A DNA stretch of 64,000 nt from Macrostomum lignano (Eukaryota), in NCBI GenBank assembly GCA_002269645.1, contig NIVC01000237.1:496001-560000 (forward strand), in the 5' to 3' direction. Position numbers and translations under genes: made by a program. The notes beneath the pieces were generated by a model. That model saw only the letters and a list, made by a program, of their open reading frames with translations. It had not been told where the DNA came from and searched no databases. Below, in pieces: positions 47,925 through 58,467 of this stretch (positions are counted from its first letter, which is position 1; each line of letters starts with the position of its first letter).

Positions 47925-50782
47925 TAGGGTGTCCAGTGAGCCTATTTTTAGCGTGTGCAAAAACGAAAAAACGTGAAAAAGTGGTCTTCTTTAAATGGCT
48001 GTAACTTTTTTAATATGTAAGATATGGCTATGTTCTTAAATTCATTGAAAAATAGACAAATAGATCTTTCAAACAACATATAGTTTACATGTTTAGGACA
48101 TACGATTACAAAGATACAGACTGTCAAACATCGTGTACATTTTCGTACATTTTCAAAACTGTGCCGAATTTGCTTGAAAATATGGGATCGGGAGGATTTG
48201 TTTTTTAGTAAATGAGTGCATAACTGCTAAGAATGCTTGCACACTGAGTGTAGGTAACTTCCTGGAGGTCATTTTAAGTGAACTTTTTTTGTTCAAAAAT
48301 ATGTACATGTACATGTACATGTACATGTAAAATTTAAAATGGTCATAACTTTTGAATGGAAAGAGCGGCCACCCTAATTCTTTTTGCTACTTACTTCTAG
48401 TGACAAAATAAAACTTTTAGGCTAGACAGGATGAGTGTAACTCTTGCCGCAGTATGCTTAATGGAAATCGCCAAAATACATGCAAATCCCCATAAGGGAC
48501 ATAAAAATCGGGAAATTTTTGAAGCTCGAAAGAATGGCCAGTTAGTTTCTTCGATAAAATGATAGCAAAACAGGCCAAACTCTTTGTCCTAAAGGCACAT
48601 CCTGGTAGCTTTTGCCGCACCAAAGTTATTAAGCATAATTGGCACAGGTGTACATGCAAAATACACTACAGAGATAGGAAAAATGTACATTGAGGGGTTG
48701 TACATTCGAAAAGAAGTCATATATGCAATTTTTTTTAAAAATGCTAGCAGGACTTAGGATATACTTCAACTTTTATGCATTTCTCACTAATCCATCCTTT
48801 ACTTGCAGATATTGCAGATGCCAGACACGCTGCACCTACATGTATACAGTAGCTGCTATGAGCGCCTGACAAGCTCATGGTGCAGCTTTCTACACAGTCT
48901 CCTCTGATCATTCCAGCTGGGCCCGAAGATCGCGCTTCGAAGCTTCTTGAAGGCCTGCATCGGCGCCCCTCTTCTCTGAAGGGGACGAGGCAACAGCAGC
49001 AGCAGAGAAATGTTGGCAAACTGGCGTGCTGGAAGTCGACTCTGGCGCAGTTGCAGCTGGGACCACTGCAGGAAAGACAAATATCTGGTCCATGTAGATG
49101 GCCCAGGGACTCTGCTTGCCAGCAGCTTTCTCGCGCACCTTCGACCTCAACAGGTCCCGCGTTTTTTTCCTTCACTTTCGTTACTGCCTGCCACAGCCAC
49201 AGGTTATAAAGTTATAAAGTACGTCTGGTTCAGTGGATACAGACAGACTGATACATTCTGCCAAGCTAATTTATACAGTATTAAAGCACTAAAATGGAGC
49301 AGCTGAGTAAAAGCTGAGCTGACTAAAAGGGTTCTCAGTCAATTCAGCTTCTGGCAGACAAACTGACTGGGAATGAAAACGGGAGCAGACGAATCGAGCG
49401 TCATACTCTCATAATGTACATGTACATAATACAATGTAATCACGCTGTGTAGTGTACTGCCCCCAAGATTGTTAGATTAGCTACGAGCGAGTCACCAATG
49501 CGACACTTTATCGCCGAACTGGTGTCCGTCTTAGCAAACTGTTGCGCAGTTGGCGACTCCAGTCTCCAGCTGCCAGGCCATGTCAACCAAGCTGATTCGT
49601 ATTGCCCGCAGCTGGTGCTGATGCTGCTGACGCTGTAGGCACTGTAATACTGGAGAGGAAAGGCACGCACTCGCATTTTATTGACTGCCTGCCGGCTGAT
49701 GCAGCTGACACCCTTGACACTGCCAATGATGCGACCTATACATTCGTGTCAAAGCCCTGAAACCCACCCTGTAACATTGTCTCGATCATGCCTGACTGGC
49801 TTGACTGTAGTAGCTACAGTTGTAGTACTGTAGTAGACTAATAGTACAATGAGAAGACCAGCACAGCAGACGAAATGTTCATTTAGATATTTGCTGACGA
49901 GCTGACTGCAGATGAATTGGTAGCAGACAAATTGACTGGATTACAACGGAAAGCTATTGTGCTGAAAAGTGGACACAGTGAACAAGTAAATGAATCAAAT
50001 AATGCAGGTAAACTGTAAAGGTAGATTCAATTGCTGAATTCGGGCATGGCCTTTTCAAAAATGAAAGTACATGATTTAGTAACATATTACTTAGTAAAGC
50101 ATTGATTCATTACATTACAATTGTCAGATGGACTACAAAAAAGTTTTTAATGACTTTAGCATGAAGATAGAAGATAAGGATTGACAGGAGCTACATCGAT
50201 TTTTGACAACCAGAGTGGTACTTTAGAAGACCCATTTTCATGGAAATAATGGTCAACTATTTGCATACTACTTATAGTAGAAAGTCAAAAATCTTACTAA
50301 TTATAGTATACAAGTATTACTTTAACATGAAAGTAATACAAATTAAGGTTAATAGAAAGAATACCATGATAAAGCCAAAAAGTGGTACTCTAGAAAAAAA
50401 AGTTTTCTTCCCTTTTTCTGTCTTAATCCCCAGATATCTGCATATATAGAACAGTAAATATGTACAAAAATATCAGAAAATGTTATGGTAACAAAAATCT
50501 ACAAAATAACACCTAAAACACTAAAATCGGTTATGAAATAAAAAAGTTACAGACATTTTACTGCAAAAAACATGCTTTTTTGCCCAAAAATGGCACAGTT
50601 TTTAGTGTATTTGAGATAGGAAAAAAACACCATTTTTTCGAAATGAAAAACTTCATAACTTTTTTATTACTTGATCAATTTTTAAAAGTCTAGTGTCATT
50701 TCACTCATAATACCCAGGGCTGCAATATGGCTTGATTAAAAATTTGGATTTTGAAAAAAAAATTTTCTCACTGGACCCCCTA
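47925..50782. mobile_element. Non-autonomous or decayed cut-and-paste DNA transposon, 16-bp TIRs, 7-bp TSD
   Basis: Left end TAGGGTGTCCAGTGAG (47925-47940); right end CTCACTGGACCCCCTA (50767-50782); 15/16 inverted match. ACTCAAG lies on both flanks (47918-47924 and 50783-50789). No intact internal ORF. Confidence 0.8.
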
Positions 50783-51883
50783 ACTCAAGTCTTTCAAGAC
50801 TAAAATAAAAAATGAAGCAGAATAATATTTATTGATTTCTTCCTTGACACTATTTAATTAAGTTAGAAAAAATAAAAAGAGCCTAGTCTATTTATTTTTG
50901 GTTGGTTGAAGGAACTTCTGATAAAATAATATAAAGGCAAAACAAATTGAGTCTTATTGTAATATTATTCTATTCCAGAAAATTTCTAGGATACAATGTA
51001 TAATAATATAGAAATAGACAATAGTAGGTAAATTAAATGTAGGCCTAGCTATTATTACAAATGAAGTTGTAAAAGATGCAGTTTAATTTATTCTTATGGT
51101 TATAGCAATAATAGATAGAGTTTACAGCAACATGGACCATAGTTAGTTATGGTTATGGACTTATGTCAATGCCAATGGTCAATTGAAATATATACAGTTT
51201 AAAAAGCCGTTAAATTATCAGGACCAAAACAGTCCTGATTTAAAACGGCTTGATAAGCACTAACACATACGATAGTTGACTATTAAAGTACTTCAACAGA
51301 GTAGTGCTGCTCAGCAATCAGGACGTCTGGTCTTTTAAAGAAAAATGTGTGCAGCCTTAGTTCGTAGAAAATAGATTGTTTGAAATTTTATGCAAGCGTT
51401 CGATCGATACGAATATCATTTCCAAGGAAAATATTTCAAATTACATTTAACAATTATTTTAAACAGGAAATTGTTGCAAAAAAACGAAAAAAATTATTAC
51501 ACTTTGTTAAAGTGTTACTTAATTTTGACAATGCATATTTACAGGAACGTGGAATGAAGATACATTTTTTATAACCCTTTGCTCCAACAAGCATTGATTG
51601 GCTTAATTTGATTATATTAGTATAGTAGTTGTGGTTTAAATTAAAATTAAAATAAAACCTATTTCAGAAAACCTTTGAAAGTCAACTGATCTCAGTTTAC
51701 TGACATATCTTGATTTATTAGTTGCCTTTTGCCCACTTTTTGTCCCACCTAGACCTGGCCGTCTCACCGTCTGTGCTGTGCTGAAAATTAAGTTAAAAAG
51801 CTTTTGCTGTTGCCTCAACTTGGCCTTAATTTCATTGTTTTTAATCAATACCATTGTACCATAAATTATATACATGCTAGAGA

Positions 51884-54800
51884 ATGACAGAAGAACTTGA
51901 TGCTCTTAAAAAAGTTGAAGATGTTTCAGAGTGCATTAAGCAACTTGCATCATCGAATGATCCAACAAAACTTGATGCTGCTGACAAATTGTTAAAAAAA
52001 CTTGAGGATGGATCTGAGGATCTGAGAACAAGTAAGTATATATGTTTTAAATTTACTTTTATTCCTTGGATTTTGTTTTGACTAAAGGTATATTGATTTG
52101 GGTCAACTAAGTGTTACATTGCAATCGGCAATATGCTTTATGTATTGGATAATTTATCTAAATTCTAGGTCTGATGTAAAGTAACAACATTATTATCTTT
52201 TCTATACAACTATAGTCTATTGTTTCTTGTTGTATCTTTTTAAAATGGTGTCTAAACTTTAAATCACTAATTGATATTCCCTAAAAATTCTTGGTTAGGC
52301 CTGTGCTATAATTATCAAAACTTTAAACTTGCTTTTGATATACATTTCAACCAAGATTATGCCTAGATGCTATACTATTATACTAGAATCATAAAAGCTA
52401 TTGGTAATCTTGCTATGAATCTAGGTATAATACTATAAATCCTTGTGCATATTCTTGCTCTATATATAAATGCATCATTGAATTTTTCAGTGCCTTTAAA
52501 ATCCAAACTGACCATCACCCTTATCACTTCAGAAACCAATAGGACAGTAATCACAAAAGACTCATCAAATGGAAATGCATCAGGTATGTAATGTATTTTT
52601 CATTTAAATTCAAATTCTACTCACAGTAGTGTCGTCTGCTATTGCTTGTTATTTCTGTAGCCAATGCCACTGAGTCGGCAGCTTTCATGCGCGAGATTGA
52701 GCGCGACGCTGCCGAGCGCGCCGATAGGCGCGAGCGAAATCGGCGCCGAGCAGCTGAATGGAAAGACCGCGGCAACGCGCAGTTCAAACTGGCCAATTAT
52801 GACCAGGCCGTGGACTGCTACACCCGCGGCCTGGCCATCGCCAAAGACTTTGAGCTGCTCTATCAGAACCGAGCCAACTGTTACGTCAAGCAGGGCCGCT
52901 TCGAGGAGGCTCTGGCGGACGCCGAGGCCGCCATCTTCCTCACCAGAGAGAAATGCGCCAAGCCGTTCTTTCACCAGGTGCGTTGCAGATCTGAGCCTAC
53001 AAATTTATGTGGCCGCGCCACGCAATCGAAACCAGGGATTTTTACTATGAGGGTTCCGATCCGATGAGAGTAGAATACATGTAAATGTGAGATCTTCCGG
53101 AGAAAGTAGAATAGATGTAAGATCTACCAGAGAGAGTAGAATAGATGTGAGATCTACCGGAGAGAGTAGAATAGATGCAGGATCTGCCGGAGAGAGTAGA
53201 ATAGATGTAAGATCTACCGGAGATAGTAGAATAGATGTAAGATCTACCGGAGAGAGTAGAATAGATGTAATATCTACCGCAGAGAGTAGAATAGATGTAA
53301 GATCTACCGGAGAGAGTAGAATAGATGTAAGATCTACCGCAGAGAGTAGAATAGATGTGAGATCTACCAGAGAGAGTAGAATAGATGTGAGATCTACCAG
53401 ATAGAGTAGAATAGATGTGAAATCTACCGGAGAGAGTAGAATAGATGTGAGATCTACCAGAGAGAGTAGAATAGATGTGAGATCTACCGGAGAGAGTAGA
53501 ATCAAAGCGGCTAAATCAAAGAGCTTCTCAACCGCCATCCAAGGCCAAGGCTCTAACCGGTTTAAACCGGCTGTCCGAGGCCCGCGAGGCCTACAGCCGA
53601 ATGTCATCCTGTTCGGACGCGGCTCCCGGCCACGCCGATCGCTGCCTGGCCGACCTGGACCGGCTGTCGGCGGCTCGCGAAGCCGAAGCTCGCGCCCTGG
53701 AGGAGTTCAGCAGCGGCGGAGGGAACTCAGTGGAGATGCTGATCTACCGGCTGGCCAGGGGCGACCAGCCGACCGCCTACTACGCCGCCGGGATGCGCTG
53801 CCTCGCCGCGCTGCTAGTTGGCGCCAATGAGCGCGCCCTATTCCGAGCTAAGAGCGGCTTCAGCCTGCTGAATAAGCAGCAGGTGGTGGTCACTACGCTG
53901 GCCGTTCCGCTCGAGAGCATGACTGATGCTCAGGTGGGCATTGTTTATCCAGATTAGGGTCGCGTCAAAAAAGGTCACAGATATTGTCGGGTCAAATAAG
54001 GTCACGGATACGGTTAGGTCAAGTCAGATACCATAAAATACGAGATATCGTCGCTTCAAGTCACAAACTGATGGGGTTAGGCCAGATTAAATAATCACAG
54101 GTAGGGTTAAGTAGCCAGGGAGAAAAGTCTCAGAAGTATAGTATATCCAGATCAAATAATGTCACGAAAATCGTTAGGTCAAATAAGGTCACGAAAATGG
54201 TTAGGTCAAATAAGGTCACGAAATATGGTTAGGTCAAATAAGGTCACGAAATATGGTTAGGTCAAATAAATTCAGGAAAATGGTTAGGTCAAATAAGGTC
54301 AAGAATATGGTTAGGTCAAATAAGGTCAAGAATATGGTTAGGTCAAATAAGGTCACGAAAATGGTTAGGTCAAATAATGTCACGAATATGGTTAGGTCAA
54401 ATAAGGTCACGAAAATGGTTAGGTTAAATAAGGTCACGAAAATGGTTAGGTCAAATAAGGTCTCGAATAGGGTTAGGCCAAAGCCAGGTCATGCGATACG
54501 ATCAGGTCCGGCCTTCCCTCTCCTCAGCTGGATCTGCTCACCGCCTCACTGATTCTGGCCGCCACCGTGGCCGAGGAGGACTCTGAGAACTGCCACCAGC
54601 TGGCCCAGCTGAGCAAGCCCGGCCAGCTCGCCGCCCGCGCTGTCGATGTTGTCGCCTTCAACGGCGCTTCGCCATCCGCCTCGGCTGCTCGCCAGGCCGC
54701 GCTGGACGCCCTGTCGAAGATCGGGCAGCTCGCCTGCGACCGCCTCTGCGGCTGCTGCGCCGAACCAGCCGGTCTGGTGGCTGCCCTGCTGCGCCAGACT

Positions 54801-56796
54801 CAGCGCCAGGCGGCCCAGACGGCGCTGGCATCGGCGCACCTGTTCAGCCAGCTGGCCGGCTGCGTCCGGCTCCGGGAGCGGCTGGAGCGGGCGGCGCCGA
54901 ACGCCTTGGCTGGCATCGCCCAGGCCGGCGAATCGTTGGTGTCCGCCGGCGCCTCGGAGAGTCTGGCCGCCTTCTGCATGGCCGTTGAAGCGCTTCGCCG
55001 ATTGATGGCCGGCTGTCGGCCTCTGCGGCAGGCCGCCGCCGCAAGACGGGCTTTCCTGACCGCCTGCTGCACCGCCTTGGAGCGGTACGCGCCGGACAAA
55101 GAAGAGGACTGCGGAGGCGAGGTGAGCAGATTGTGCTGAGTCAGAATGGGTCAGTCTGGGTCAGGTTAGTTCATTCTGAGTCAGGTTGGGTCAGGTTGGG
55201 TCAGGTTGGGTCATTCTAAGTCAGGTTGGGTCAGGTTAGGTCATTCTGATTCAGGTTAGGCCATTCTGAGTCAGATTGGGTCATTCTGATTCAGGTTGGG
55301 TCATTCTGAGTCAGGTTGGGTTTGTCTGAGTCAGGTTGGGTCAGTCTGGGTCAGGTTGGTTAATTCTGAATCAGGTTAGGTCATTCTGATTCAGGTTGGG
55401 TCATTCTGATTCAGGTTGGGTCATTCTGAGTCAGGTTGGGTTTGTCTGAGTCGGGTTGGGTCAGTCTGGGTCAGGTTGGTTAATTCTGAATCAGGTTAGG
55501 TCATTCTGATTCAGGTTGGGTCATTCTGATTCAGGTTGGGTCATTCTGATTCAGGTTGGGTCATTCTGAGTCAGGTTGGGTTTGTCTGAGTCGGGTTGAG
55601 TCAGTCTGAGTCAGGTTGGTTAATTCTGAGTCAGGTTAGGTCATTCTGATTCAGGTTGGGTCATTCTGAGTCAGGTTGGGTTTGTCTGAGTCAGGTTGGG
55701 TCAGTCTGGGTCAGGTTGGTTAATTCTGAGTCAGGTTGGGTCAGTCGGGGTCAGGTTGGGTCATTCTGAGTCAGGTTGGGTCATACTGAGTCAGGTTGGG
55801 TCATTCTGAGTCAGGTTGGGTCATTCTGAGTCAGGTTGGGTCATTCTGAGTCAGGTTGGGTCATTCTGAGTCAGGTTGGGTCATTCTGAGTCAGGTTGGG
55901 TCATTCTGAGTCAGGTTGGGTCATTCTGAGTCAGGTTGGGTCATTCTGAGTCAGGTTGGGTCAGTCTTGGTCAGGTCGAACTACCATTACTATTGGACGT
56001 GTGGGTCATAGTGTTTCTGATTGGGTCAGATTGGGTCAAGCTTGGATTTTTGAGTTTGGTTTCAAGAGTCGAGTTTGCTCGAGCTGGGTCAGGCCAGGTG
56101 TCAATTGGTCAATCCGATCCGCCACCGCAGCTGCAGCAGTCGGCCGCGGCCGAAGTGGCCGCCCTGCTCGCCTCGGCCAGTCTGGAGGCCACCCCGGCCG
56201 TGTCCGGCGCCGCCGTCAGGCTGGGCGAGCTGGCGCTGCGCCTGGCCAGCCGGCCGTCCGTGGCGCCGCAGCTGCGCGAGTTCAGCCTGGCGCTGCTGGC
56301 CACTCTGGCGCCGCGCTCAGTAGAGCTGGCGCGCCAGATCGGCGCCGGTAGCTGGGCGCCAAGCCTGCTTAGCCTGTCGGCGCGCGTGCTGGCCAGCCCG
56401 GACCACCCGTGCGCAGCTTCGGTTCTGCGCGTCCTGGCCGCTGTGCTGGCGGCCCAGCCGGAGGCGCGCGGCCAAGTAGGCGACGATCCGCAGTGGCTGG
56501 AGCTGCTGCTGGAGCTGCTGCACTCGCGGGCCGACTGCCTGCTGGGCAACGCGGCGCTCTGCCTGAGCCACTGCATCGAGGACACGGCGGCTGCCGAGCT
56601 GCTGGCCCGCACCGACATTGTCCGCCTGCTGCTCTGCCGCATGCGCGACTGCCGCGAGCGCGAGGCCAAGGCCAACTGCGCCATCCTGTGCGGCAAGCTG
56701 GCGCAGGCGCACCACGGACACAGGGAGCGGCTGGGACAGCTGGATGGGATTAATATCCTCAACTCTGTCATCACCTGTAATAATATCAAACTATAA
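51884..56796 (+). CDS. TTC12: Tetratricopeptide repeat protein 12 (TPR plus ARM repeats; dynein-arm assembly co-factor), 6 exons, ~721 aa
   Basis: Exons 51884-52031, 52533-52583, 52661-52977, 53544-53933, 54528-55121, 56131-56796 (2166 nt). AFMREIERDAAERADRR...WKDRGNAQF TPRs, YYAAG...LFRAKSGFSLL, and ARM tail LLGNAALCLSHC...ANCAILCGKLA...RLGQLDGINIL match TTC12. Confidence 0.92.
53070..53500. repeat. 30-bp minisatellite (agagagtagaatagatgtgagatctaccgg)
   Basis: Read directly; TTC12 intron 3. Confidence 0.95.
54160..54480. repeat. 27-bp minisatellite (atggttaggtcaaataaggtcacgaaa)
   Basis: Read directly; TTC12 intron 4. Confidence 0.95.
55140..56100. repeat. 20-bp minisatellite (tcaggttgggtcattctgag)
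   Basis: Read directly; TTC12 intron 5. Confidence 0.95.
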
Positions 56797-56834
56797 CTTC
56801 CGCTTTTTGAATTCCCCAAATTTTCAAATCTTCC

Positions 56835-57500
56835 GTAACTTTTCCCAATCTAAGTTCTCTCAAATTGGGATTTCTTGCTTGGTCTGCAGTTTTCCCTATT
56901 GGAATTCTCCCAGTTTGGGATTTCTTGCTTGGTCTGCAGTTCTCCCCATTGGAATTCTCCCAGTTTGGGATTTCTTGCTTGGTCTGCAGTTTTCCCTATT
57001 GGAATTCTCCCAATTTGGGGTTTCTTGCTTGGCCTGCAGTTTTCCCTATTGGAATTCTCCCAATTTGGGGTTTCTGGCTTGGCCTGCAGTTTTCCCTATT
57101 GGAATTCTCCCAATTTGGGATTTCTTGCTTGGTCTGCAGTTTTCCCTATTGGAATTCTCCCAATTTGGGATTTCTTGCTTGGCCTGCAGTTTTCCCTATT
57201 GGAATTCTCCCAATTTGGGATTTCTTGCTTGGTCTGCAGTTTTCCCTATTGGAATTCTCCCAATTTGGGATTTCTTGCTTGGCCTGCAGTTTTCCCTATT
57301 GGAATTCTCCCAATTTGGGATTTCTTGCTTGGCCTGCAAGTTTTCCCTATTCAAATTCTCCTAATTTGGGATTTCTGGCTTGTTCTGCAGTTTTCCCCAT
57401 TAGAATTCTCCCAATTTGGGATTTCTGGCTTAGCCTGCAGTTCTCCCCATTAGAATTCTCCCAATTTGGGATTTCTGCCTCTATCTGCAGTTTTCCCAAC
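56835..57500. repeat. 50-bp minisatellite just after the TTC12 stop codon
   Basis: gggatttcttgcttggtctgcagttttccctattggaattctcccaattt repeated. Confidence 0.95.
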
Positions 57501-58380
57501 TTAAAGTATAAACTCCAGCTTTCATTTTTAATTGTGGTCAGAATTATTGAGAAAAATCTGAAACCGGACATTTTCGCCTCACAACAGAAACTGCATTGAT
57601 GTATGAGTAATGCTTTGTTTATGAGTACATGGAAGCCTGTCGTTTGTAAACCAAAGCTCCGTTCCACTGTCCCTCACCAGCGCATGTACTTTGACATTTT
57701 TTAATTGTTTCAATTTTTAAAATAGTTTTTATTTCTGTTTTCTTAATTGAATTTCTTGTAAAAGATATTCTAAAAATCTAAATATTCTGAACCACGAGAC
57801 GCTACTGAACACGGCACTGAGTGAGTAGTATGCCAAGTTTTACTCCACCCAGAATTGTAATAAGAAGATCACAATTTCAGCCAATGCGCGAGGGCTGCCT
57901 TCCATTCTATATTTTTTAATTCCGTACAAACTGGTCCTCCAGTCTGCCTGCCGGTCTTTAGGGGAGAAAAATCCCCCCTTCTGCTGAGCAGCGAGCTGTG
58001 GAGCCGGGAGCTGGGCGGGGATTTTTGTGCAACTAAAGCAGATCTCGCCAAGTACTGCAGGCACAATGTGGAGGGGTTGGGCAGAAGTGCAATAGAAGCA
58101 GAGATTTGCAGCCGGCAACGCCCCTTTTATTTTCTCCTGGGTAGAAAATTCAAGCCTAAGCCAAATAAGTCAAGCATTGCTTCAATTCTCCCAAAAAAGC
58201 GGCAGTTGTTCCTCTCTGCTCAGGACTCAAAATGTGAGCACTCTTAGTTGCCATGTGCCCAGAGCCAGACTATGGAATCGTTTGGGGGAAGTGTGCTCCT
58301 CCTCCTGTGTCAGACCCGCTCCCCGCTCGTTAAAGCAGCAATAAAAGCACACGAACTGGGATTCTTCCCCAGCCACTGCG

Positions 58381-58387
58381 TATAAAT
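58381..58387 (+). promoter_or_regulatory. Possible TATA box
   Basis: TATAAAT 87 nt upstream of the ATG at 58468; motif match only. Confidence 0.3.
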
Positions 58388-58467
58388 GCCGACCGCTGCT
58401 TGGTCGAGGCAGAAGCAGAAAGACAAACAGAAACCAGCAACAGCACCAGGGCAGAAGAGCATCAAGA

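Noticed and set aside
42488-56130. Idea that the introns arose by tandem duplication of exonic AG|GT sequence
   Set aside because: In the introns I checked (ALDH1L intron 6, TTC12 intron 5) the repeat units show no similarity to the flanking exon ends.
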